Positions 54,942-62,287 of a stretch of 62,287 nt of DNA are shown in pieces; positions within the stretch are counted from its first letter, which is position 1; each line of letters opens with the position of its first letter. The DNA is from a virus. Its lineage: Duplodnaviria; Caudoviricetes. The notes under the pieces are model-generated. The model saw nothing but the letters and a program-made list of their open reading frames with translations. It was not told the origin of the DNA and searched no databases. The stretch covers positions 1 to 62,287 of the IMG/VR virus record IMGVR_UViG_3300011115_000373. The stretch is one strand, 5' to 3'. The position numbers and the translations under genes were made by a program.

Positions 54942-56018
54942 ATGACCGCTGTACTATCAGGCACAAACGGGCTGCTCCAGTCCTACGACTACCAAGTCCC
55001 GACCACGGGCTTCAGCTACACGTTCGCCGCTGGCGTTCAGACGCTGATAATGAACCCTGCTGGTACGTTGGCTACGGGAACTATCACGATGCCCGCTGCA
55101 CCAGCGGATGGCATGGTAATCACGTTCAGCAGCACGCAAACTATTGTCGCGCTCACGGTTAATGCTAACTCGGGCCAGACAATAAATAATGCACTTACAT
55201 TGTTGACGGCAGGACAATCCATGTCCTATATATACCGTTCGGCATCCACTGCGTGGTTTGCATTTTCTTCAGCATTGAACGCAACTCAGTTTTCATACCC
55301 GATAAGTTATTTGGTTGTTGCTGGCGGCGGAGGGGGCAGCGGAGGTTCCGGTGGGGGCGGCGCTGGCGGTTTTTTAACCTCATCCGCTACTGCCACTGTT
55401 GGAACCGCGTACACGGTAACTGTTGGCGCAGGTGGGGCCGCTCAACCCCCAGCAAGCAGTCCGGGAGATAACGGTAGTAATTCAGTATTTGGTAGTTTCG
55501 CCACTGCTATTGGCGGTGGTGGAGGTAGCTCCGGTACTGGTGTTGCTGGCGGTTCTGGTGGCGGAGGAAGGGGTGGTAGCGGTGGGGGCTCTGGAACTTC
55601 AGGGCAAGGGAATGCAGGGGGCGCTGGAGGTGGTGGTAATGCGTGTGGTGGCGGTGGAGGCGCTTCAGCGGCGGGCAATAATGGTTCCGGTTCTACTGGT
55701 GGGAATGGTGGCGCTGGAACAGCAAGCAGCATATCTGGCGCTAGTGTTACTTATGCTGGTGGGGGCGGTGGCGCGGGCGCGGGTAATAACGGCGGTACAG
55801 GCGGCGCAGGCGGTGGCGGCACATATCCAGCGGCAGGCACTGTAAATACTGGCGGGGGTGGCGGCAGTACTTGGAATACAAATCTAGGTAGCTCTGGTGG
55901 TTCAGGCATCGTCATCATCAGCTACGCCGGTGCTCAACGCGGTACAGGTGGAACCGTTACTTCCTCGGGCGGCAATACCATCCACACATTCACTTCATCT
56001 GGAACATATACAGCGTAA
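54942..56018 (+). CDS. Glycine-rich tail fibre-associated protein (3' end may be from phage B)
   Basis: YLVVAGGGGG, GGSGIVII motifs. Confidence 0.8.
   Translation: MTAVLSGTNGLLQSYDYQVPTTGFSYTFAAGVQTLIMNPAGTLATGTITMPAAPADGMVITFSSTQTIVALTVNANSGQTINNALTLLTAGQSMSYIYRSASTAWFAFSSALNATQFSYPISYLVVAGGGGGSGGSGGGGAGGFLTSSATATVGTAYTVTVGAGGAAQPPASSPGDNGSNSVFGSFATAIGGGGGSSGTGVAGGSGGGGRGGSGGGSGTSGQGNAGGAGGGGNACGGGGGASAAGNNGSGSTGGNGGAGTASSISGASVTYAGGGGGAGAGNNGGTGGAGGGGTYPAAGTVNTGGGGGSTWNTNLGSSGGSGIVIISYAGAQRGTGGTVTSSGGNTIHTFTSSGTYTA
55774..55900. repeat. Exact 127-bp direct repeat, copy 2
   Basis: Identical to 1-127. Confidence 0.95.
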
Positions 56019-56026
56019 GGACAAAC

Positions 56027-56368
56027 ATGGCACATTTTGCAAAAGTATCAAACGGCGTAGTGGTTCAAGTCATCGTGGCTGAACCCGAGTTCTTCCAGAC
56101 GTTCGTGGACACAAGCCCCGGCGAGTGGATTCAGACCAGCTACAACACCCACGGTGGTGTCCATGCTAACGGTGGCACTCCATTGCGTAAAAACTACGCA
56201 GGTATCGGGTTTACCTATGACCGCACCCGCGATGCGTTTATCCCCCCAAAACCCTATGCAAGCTGGACGCTGAACGAAAGCACTTGCCTATGGGACGCAC
56301 CGACCCCAATGCCGACCGACGGCGTTTACACTTGGGATGAGTCAACCACTTCTTGGGTCGCCGTATGA
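56027..56368 (+). CDS. Paralog/allele of 255-596
   Basis: Near-identical protein with many synonymous changes. Confidence 0.85.
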   Translation: MAHFAKVSNGVVVQVIVAEPEFFQTFVDTSPGEWIQTSYNTHGGVHANGGTPLRKNYAGIGFTYDRTRDAFIPPKPYASWTLNESTCLWDAPTPMPTDGVYTWDESTTSWVAV

Positions 56369-57285
56369 CAACTGCATATACCTCACTCTTGGGCCTTGCC
56401 CTTCCTGTCACGGGCGAACTGTCCGGCACATGGGGCGACACGGTCAACAACTACATCACCCAGTACCTTGATGCTTCCGTCGCAGGTACAAACACACTCA
56501 GCAGTGACTCGGATGTAACGCTGGTCAAAACCACCAATGCGTCACTGAGCGGCACATCTTCTCAATATGCGGTCATCCTTTGGACGGCTGGGGGCACAGC
56601 AACCCGCACCATCATTGCGCCATCTGCGTCTTCTGGGGGCCGTCAGTTTTACATTGTCGTCAACAAGACTTCTAGCACACAGTCCATCAAGCTGTGTGGC
56701 ACGGGCCCAACCACTGGGGTGACTATTACCGCAGGTAATTCAGCCGTTTGTGCATGGAATGGCTCTGACTTTATTCAAGTAGCTGCCCTTGTAAACCTAG
56801 CTACCAATGTCACTGGAGTTCTGCCAGTAGCTAACGGAGGGACACCTGTAGGTTCATTCATGTGGCACACAGCATCGACACCCCCAACAAGCTACCTAGA
56901 AGCAAACGGCGCGGCTATTTCCCGTTCAACCTATGCTGCGTTGTTTGCGGTCATTGGCACTACGTATGGAAGCGGGGATGGGTCTACAACTTTCAATGTG
57001 CCTGATGTGCGCGGATATTTTGTTCGTGGGTATGACAATGGTAGGGGCGTAGATAGCGGTCGTGCATTTGGCTCTAACCAAGCAAACTCCATACAAAGCC
57101 ATACGCACAATATGTGGCAGGCACTATCCCGAGATTCGGCAGAAGGAGACCCAAATGCAACCAGCGGGGGGACTTTTGGGGGTGGGGCAGCACAATTTTA
57201 TAAACACCCAAATACTGATTCTTCTGGGTCTACCGAAACACGCCCAATCAACATTGCATTCTTGCCTTGCATTAGGTATCAGTAA
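56365..57285 (+). CDS. Tail fibre protein with tail-collar domain (phage B)
   Basis: GELSGTWG N-terminus; NGAAISRSTYAALFAVIGTTYGSGDGSTTFNVPD.RG.F.RG collar; ETRP.N.A. Confidence 0.85.
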   Translation: MTTAYTSLLGLALPVTGELSGTWGDTVNNYITQYLDASVAGTNTLSSDSDVTLVKTTNASLSGTSSQYAVILWTAGGTATRTIIAPSASSGGRQFYIVVNKTSSTQSIKLCGTGPTTGVTITAGNSAVCAWNGSDFIQVAALVNLATNVTGVLPVANGGTPVGSFMWHTASTPPTSYLEANGAAISRSTYAALFAVIGTTYGSGDGSTTFNVPDVRGYFVRGYDNGRGVDSGRAFGSNQANSIQSHTHNMWQALSRDSAEGDPNATSGGTFGGGAAQFYKHPNTDSSGSTETRPINIAFLPCIRYQ

Positions 57286-57287
57286 TT

Positions 57288-57449
57288 GTGATTGACCAGA
57301 TTGTCTCTGCTGACAGCCCTTGGCCCAATACCGAGACAAAAACGGTGTTGGTCTGCCGCATCCCTAAAAAGGATGACAAGCCGGGGGCAAATGAGTTTGT
57401 AGACAAGGATGGACGTATCTGCCGTTGGGCGGTAGTGAACAGAAAATGA
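57288..57449 (+). CDS. Small hypothetical protein, 53 aa
   Basis: Read manually; GTG start, ATGA-coupled. Confidence 0.5.
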   Translation: MIDQIVSADSPWPNTETKTVLVCRIPKKDDKPGANEFVDKDGRICRWAVVNRK

Positions 57450-57916
57450 TAGACCCCTTTACCGCGTTTGCAGCCGCTCAGGCAGCGGTGAAGGGAATCC
57501 AAGCAGCTATCAAGCTGGGCAAGGATGTGCAGGGGATTGCGGCAGACCTGAGCAAGTTTTTTGAAGCCAAGGACATTGTTCAGCAGGCGGCGAACAACCC
57601 TAAGAAGTTCAAGTCGGACACGGCACAGGCGCTAGAAACAGTGATGCAAGCCAAACAGCTTGCGGAGGCCGAGACCGAACTGAAGAACACGTTGATTTGG
57701 TCAGGCAATGCGGATGTATGGGAAGGCGTGCTGCTGGAGCGGAACAACATCATCCAGCGGCGCAAGAAGGCTGAGATGGAAGAGGCACTTGCCAAGGCCA
57801 AGAAGCGGCAGCAGATAATGGAAACCCTGAGTATGCTCTTCTGGATTTGTGTGTTCTTGGCTGCAATCGGTTTGAGTTATTTTTTCACAACGCTATTTTT
57901 GGAGAGACGCGCATGA
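57446..57916 (+). CDS. Hypothetical membrane-anchored coiled-coil protein (MIDPFTAFAAA...)
   Basis: C-terminal TM; lysis-region position. Confidence 0.7.
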   Translation: MIDPFTAFAAAQAAVKGIQAAIKLGKDVQGIAADLSKFFEAKDIVQQAANNPKKFKSDTAQALETVMQAKQLAEAETELKNTLIWSGNADVWEGVLLERNNIIQRRKKAEMEEALAKAKKRQQIMETLSMLFWICVFLAAIGLSYFFTTLFLERRA

Positions 57917-58425
57917 TTCCAATCCTCGGTGCATTGCTAGGCACGTTGGCTGAAAGCGGCCTTGGGCTTTTATCGTCTGCTATCCAAGCCAAAGGCAAGG
58001 AAGTGGTTGAGAACACGCTGGGTGTGAAGATTCCTGATAACCCTACCCCTGAAGATGTTGCCAAGCTGCGCGAGTTGCAATTCCAACATGAAGAGCGTTT
58101 GATTGAACTGGGCATTGAAAAAGCCAAGATGGAGTTGGCTGAATTGGAATTACTTGCTAAAGCTGCACAGAGCGATGCAGACAACGTCACAGACCGGTGG
58201 AAATCAGACATGTCATCGGACTCTTGGCTGTCCAAGAACATCCGGCCCATGAGCCTGATTGCCATTTTTGTAGGCTACTTCCTGTTTACCATGATGTCGG
58301 CGTTTGGATACAGCCCACAAGAAAGCTTTGTAAGCCTCTTGGGTACATGGGGCCAGATTGTGTTCTTGGCTTACTTTGGCGGGCGCACTGTGGAGAAGCT
58401 GGCTGAAATACGGAGCAGTAAGTGA
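57913..58425 (+). CDS. Putative holin (phage B)
   Basis: RW..DM.SDSWLSKNIRP + 2 TM + AYFGGRT.EK. Confidence 0.75.
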   Translation: MIPILGALLGTLAESGLGLLSSAIQAKGKEVVENTLGVKIPDNPTPEDVAKLRELQFQHEERLIELGIEKAKMELAELELLAKAAQSDADNVTDRWKSDMSSDSWLSKNIRPMSLIAIFVGYFLFTMMSAFGYSPQESFVSLLGTWGQIVFLAYFGGRTVEKLAEIRSSK

Positions 58426-58619
58426 TATCCATTCCCGTCCTCTACATTTGCGTAGCGGCACACTGTGAGTTCTTGCAGCAAAACTCGTACTACACCAACA
58501 GGCAGGAATGCATGGAGGTAGCGGAGAAAAAGCGGCAGGAGTATGTCAAGCTGGGCGCAAAGGTAGAAGCGACGTGTATTGACGTAGTTGTTCAAAAAAG
58601 GGGTAGTTATGAGTCTTAG
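58422..58619 (+). CDS. Small four-Cys protein
   Basis: Similar to 27824-28036. Confidence 0.55.
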   Translation: MISIPVLYICVAAHCEFLQQNSYYTNRQECMEVAEKKRQEYVKLGAKVEATCIDVVVQKRGSYES

Positions 58620-58947
58620 TACCGAACAAGCAGCGTTTTTGCTGGATTTCTGCAAGCTGGTGCAGTACGCCACCGACCAAGGTTTTATGGTCACAGGCGG
58701 CGAGCTTGCCCGTACACCGGAGCAACAAGCTATCTATGTGAAGACAGGCCGTAGCAAAACCATGAACTCCATCCACCTGAAGCGCTGCGCCGCTGACCTG
58801 AACTTCTTCCGTGATGGCAAAATCATCTGGGACAAGGGAATCTTGGCTCCGCTTGGCGCGTACTGGGAGAGCCTGCATCCTAAAAATCGCTGGGGCGGAA
58901 ACTTCAAGAGCTTGGTAGACTGCCCGCACTTTGAACGGAACGTGTAA
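58609..58947 (+). CDS. Endolysin, M15-family peptidase (phage B)
   Basis: RT.EQQ, S.H....A.D, WGG.F....D.PHFE. Confidence 0.88.
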   Translation: MSLSTEQAAFLLDFCKLVQYATDQGFMVTGGELARTPEQQAIYVKTGRSKTMNSIHLKRCAADLNFFRDGKIIWDKGILAPLGAYWESLHPKNRWGGNFKSLVDCPHFERNV

Positions 58948-58955
58948 CTGCTGCC

Positions 58956-61076
58956 ATGCCACTACAAAAAGTCATCCTCAAACCCGGTGTAAACAGGGAG
59001 AACACCCGCTACACCAACGAGGGCGGTTGGTACGAGTCTGAGAAGATTCGCTTCCGCCAAGGTACGCCTGAGAAACTAGGTGGGTGGCAACGCATTTCAG
59101 CAAATACGTTTGTAGGCGTATGCCGGTCATTGTGGAATTGGGTGACCTTGACGGGCGCTAATTTACTTGGCGTTGGCACAAGCAGCAAGTTCTATATTGA
59201 GGCCACAGGTGTTTACTATGACATCACGCCAATTTCCACAACGATTGCGCTTACTGCAAACCCCTTTGCTACGGTAAACACCACTACCGCTGTAACCGTA
59301 ACTGACATCGGCTTCAATCCCCAAGTTGGCGATTTTGTTATCTTTAACGGGGCGACTACGTTCAATGGCGTGACCATAAGCGGCGAGTACGAAGTTATAA
59401 CTGTGGTGGACAGCACTCACTACACAATTACATCAGCTACAACGGCTACAGGTACAGGTTCAGGTGGGGGCGCGGCGGTCTACGCGTCTTATATTCTTCA
59501 CATCGGTTCTGCTACAAACGTGACTTTTGGTGGATGGGGTTCTAACGTCTGGAGTTCCAGCAACTGGGGCGGCATCGGCTACGCCAGCACAGCTACCTTG
59601 GCAATTTGGTCGCAGTGGAACTTTGGCGAGAACTTGGTGTTTGGGCCCAAGCAAGGCAAGCTGTACTACTGGAATGCCACTACAGCAGTGTCACTAGCAA
59701 CCCCAACAACGGTCACCATCTCTAACGCCACTCCAGCGGTGATGACGCTGACTACTAATACGACTACTCCGCTAATTGGTGGCACGGCAATCATGTTCCA
59801 GACAACTGGGGCGCTACCTTCCCCACTTGTGCCCTACACGGTGTACTACGTCACCTACGTCACCGACACCACATACAAACTGTCTACTACCTACGCTAAC
59901 TACTTAGCGGGCACGTTCATCAACACGAGCACCGCAGGCTCTGGTACGCAAAGTCTTTCCCCTCGTGGAATTGCTGTCGCAGATTTGCCCGGTGCTTCTA
60001 GTGTGCCGCTTCAACAGAACGTCATTTTGGTATCCGACTCCAGCCGGTTCACTATGTGCTTTGGCTCCAACCCATATGGAAGCACAACCTACGACCCCAT
60101 GACGGTGCGCTGGTCAGACCAAGAGAGCGTGATTGAGTGGGCTCCAGCAATCACCAACCAAGCGGGTGAAATTCGTCTATCTCACGGCTCTTCTATTGTG
60201 TCGGTGCTGCAAAGCCGCCAAGAGATTTTGATTTGGACTGATGCTGCAATTTATTCAATGCAGTACCTTGGGCCTCCGTACGTGTGGGGCAACCAACTTC
60301 TGTCGGATAACATTTCAATTGCCAGTATCAATGCAGCCGCCTATGCCAGCGGTGTGGCGTATTGGATGGGTCAAGACAAGTTCTATAAATACGACGGACG
60401 GGTTCAAACCCTGCGTTGCGACCTGCGGCAGTACATCTATAGCGACATCAACCGTTCCCAATTCGGGCAAATATTTTCTGGGACAAACGAAGGCTTTAAC
60501 GAGGTCTGGTGGTTCTACTGCTCCCAAGATAGCACGACTGTTGACAAGTACGTCATCTACAACTACGCAGAAGACCTGTGGTACTACGGCTCTATGGCCC
60601 GCACTGCATGGCTGGATACTGCGCTTCGGAACTACCCCGTAGCGGCAACCTACGCAAACAACCTTGTCTATCACGAGTACGGGGTGGATGACAACGTCAC
60701 TGGAACCCCTGCGGCTATTGAGGCATCCATTACTTCTGCCCAATACGACATTGGGGACGGGCACAACTTCGCGTTTGTCTACCGGATGCTGCCCGACTTA
60801 ACATTCCGGGGGTCTACGGCTGGCACTACGCCGCAAGTGACTATGTACCTACAAGGACTGAACAATTCTGGCTCAGGCATTACGCAGTCTGGGGACGCTA
60901 ACGTGCCTTATACAGGCCCCGCTCCATCAGTCATTAATGTGGACCAATACACTGGGCAGATTTACATCCGTATCCGTGGTCGTCAGATGCAGATGAAGCT
61001 CACCTCCAACACGCTCGGTACGCAGTGGCAGCTTGGCGCTCCCCGTATTGACATTCGTCCTGACGGCAGAAGGTAG
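58956..61076 (+). CDS. Tail nozzle / stabilisation protein (phage B)
   Basis: KPG.NRE.T.Y..EG.W, VRWSDQE, FNEVWWFY, C-terminal RPDGRR. Confidence 0.75.
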   Translation: MPLQKVILKPGVNRENTRYTNEGGWYESEKIRFRQGTPEKLGGWQRISANTFVGVCRSLWNWVTLTGANLLGVGTSSKFYIEATGVYYDITPISTTIALTANPFATVNTTTAVTVTDIGFNPQVGDFVIFNGATTFNGVTISGEYEVITVVDSTHYTITSATTATGTGSGGGAAVYASYILHIGSATNVTFGGWGSNVWSSSNWGGIGYASTATLAIWSQWNFGENLVFGPKQGKLYYWNATTAVSLATPTTVTISNATPAVMTLTTNTTTPLIGGTAIMFQTTGALPSPLVPYTVYYVTYVTDTTYKLSTTYANYLAGTFINTSTAGSGTQSLSPRGIAVADLPGASSVPLQQNVILVSDSSRFTMCFGSNPYGSTTYDPMTVRWSDQESVIEWAPAITNQAGEIRLSHGSSIVSVLQSRQEILIWTDAAIYSMQYLGPPYVWGNQLLSDNISIASINAAAYASGVAYWMGQDKFYKYDGRVQTLRCDLRQYIYSDINRSQFGQIFSGTNEGFNEVWWFYCSQDSTTVDKYVIYNYAEDLWYYGSMARTAWLDTALRNYPVAATYANNLVYHEYGVDDNVTGTPAAIEASITSAQYDIGDGHNFAFVYRMLPDLTFRGSTAGTTPQVTMYLQGLNNSGSGITQSGDANVPYTGPAPSVINVDQYTGQIYIRIRGRQMQMKLTSNTLGTQWQLGAPRIDIRPDGRR

Positions 61077-61078
61077 AC

Positions 61079-61378
61079 ATGGGACAAAAGAACGTAGTTG
61101 CCCCCCGTATTCCCGGCGCGCCGGTGGAGTACGACCACCTTGCTATGAATGAGATTTTTCGGGTTCTTTCGATATACTTCAGGCAATTGGACAACAACGG
61201 CCCTATAGCTATCAGTACCCAGCGAAACGGCACGGATGTTGTTGCGGCGTTAAGCGCCCCGCCTTCAGGCAATACAACGGTTCCCAGCTTGCCGACACAA
61301 GCGGATTTGGCCAGTTTGCGGGTTGGAGACATCTACTACGACACAAGCGCAAGCAATGTACTAAAGGTAAAAACATGA
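61079..61378 (+). CDS. Small tail-associated protein (phage B)
   Basis: P.AP.EY...L..YF.QLD. Confidence 0.65.
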   Translation: MGQKNVVAPRIPGAPVEYDHLAMNEIFRVLSIYFRQLDNNGPIAISTQRNGTDVVAALSAPPSGNTTVPSLPTQADLASLRVGDIYYDTSASNVLKVKT

Positions 61379-62287
61379 GCATACAACTCGCTGCCAAACA
61401 CCTAGCCGCTCATGGGCGTGGGCCGGACACTACGCTCGTCCATATGACTCCCGGAGAAGTGGCGAGCCTCCAATCTTTGGCTCAGCAGCACGGTGGCTCT
61501 CTAAGTATTAACCCTCAGACCGGACTCCCCGAAGCCGGATTTCTGTCTGCCCTGCTGCCTATGGCTGCTGGTGCTGGGTTGGCGGCTATGGGTATGCCAC
61601 AGGGATATGCTGCACTTGCGGTTGGGGCTACGTCTGCGCTTACCAACGGTGGGAACATGCGCAAAAGCTTGATGGATGGTATCAGTGCCTACGGTGGCGC
61701 GGGTATGACCGAGTCGTTCATGGGTGCTGGGCTTGAAAGCATGGGCACTTCTGCTGCGGCTCCTACGACGGTGCTTGAGACTCCTTCGGTTATTTCGGCG
61801 GCTCCTGCTGTGGCTCCTTCGGCGGGCAGTATTGTGGGTTCTTCAATGCAAGAAGCAGTTAACCAATCAGGTATGTATGCCCCCGCTCTTACTAGCGCAG
61901 CACCAGCCGAAGCAGCCCAAGCAGCGGCGGCGGCAACCCCTGCGGCCCAACAAGCAGCGGCGCTAAAGAATATGGATATAGGACAACGGTTCGATGCGCT
62001 CAAAGCCGGTGCTACTGGCACCAATGCGATGAACTACATCAAGGCCAATCCGTTTACGTCTCTCGGCGTAGCTACAGCCGCAATGACTCCAGACGAGCCC
62101 AACGCGCCTCAAAAGGCTGCGGATACCGACCGTGGAGCTAGGGCTGGTATGCGGTACTATCCCGGCTGGAGCACTCCCCTGCCTAAGCCAAACATGCAGG
62201 GTATCGAGCAGACCTACAACCGCCCCTACTACGCTGCCGAGGGTGGCGTTACACGCATGGCTACCGGTGGTATTGCCTCCGCACCAC
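61375..62287 (+). CDS. Putative DNA pilot/ejection protein, 3' truncated (phage B)
   Basis: Read manually: GRGPDT.LVHM.P.EV...INP.TGLPEAG; ends YAAEGG..MATGG. Confidence 0.7.
   Translation, partial: MSIQLAAKHLAAHGRGPDTTLVHMTPGEVASLQSLAQQHGGSLSINPQTGLPEAGFLSALLPMAAGAGLAAMGMPQGYAALAVGATSALTNGGNMRKSLMDGISAYGGAGMTESFMGAGLESMGTSAAAPTTVLETPSVISAAPAVAPSAGSIVGSSMQEAVNQSGMYAPALTSAAPAEAAQAAAAATPAAQQAAALKNMDIGQRFDALKAGATGTNAMNYIKANPFTSLGVATAAMTPDEPNAPQKAADTDRGARAGMRYYPGWSTPLPKPNMQGIEQTYNRPYYAAEGGVTRMATGGIASAP

Overview
Phage DNA. Positions 1-55,773 look like a complete, circularly permuted ~55.8 kb podovirus genome (phage A): bases 1-127 recur exactly at 55,774-55,900. It has T7-like DNA polymerase, primase-helicase, SSB and exonuclease, but I see no RNA polymerase or CI repressor. 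The minus-strand early/replication arm (36,046 to 13,779) carries a GP88-like gene, DUF932, ADP-ribosylglycohydrolase, tyrosine integrase, ThyX, MazG, class II RNR and two tRNAs. The plus-strand late arm (37,433 round to 13,776) carries terminase, portal, capsid, tail, lysis and internal virion genes. After 55,900 the contig runs into a second tail/lysis module, probably from another phage (phage B; likely assembly chimera). The main unexplained signals are: (1) a control region with 3 DnaA boxes, 4 tandem LexA boxes, a long bulged hairpin and a G-quadruplex motif; (2) two covarying copies of a loop-E RNA hairpin flanking a small ORF near the integrase; (3) an rrn-like boxB-boxA site; (4) a Shine-Dalgarno-occluding palindrome before 7 early genes; (5) a recurrent AxGG/NKGG peptide tag in late proteins. 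All family assignments come from motif recognition by eye, not database searches.
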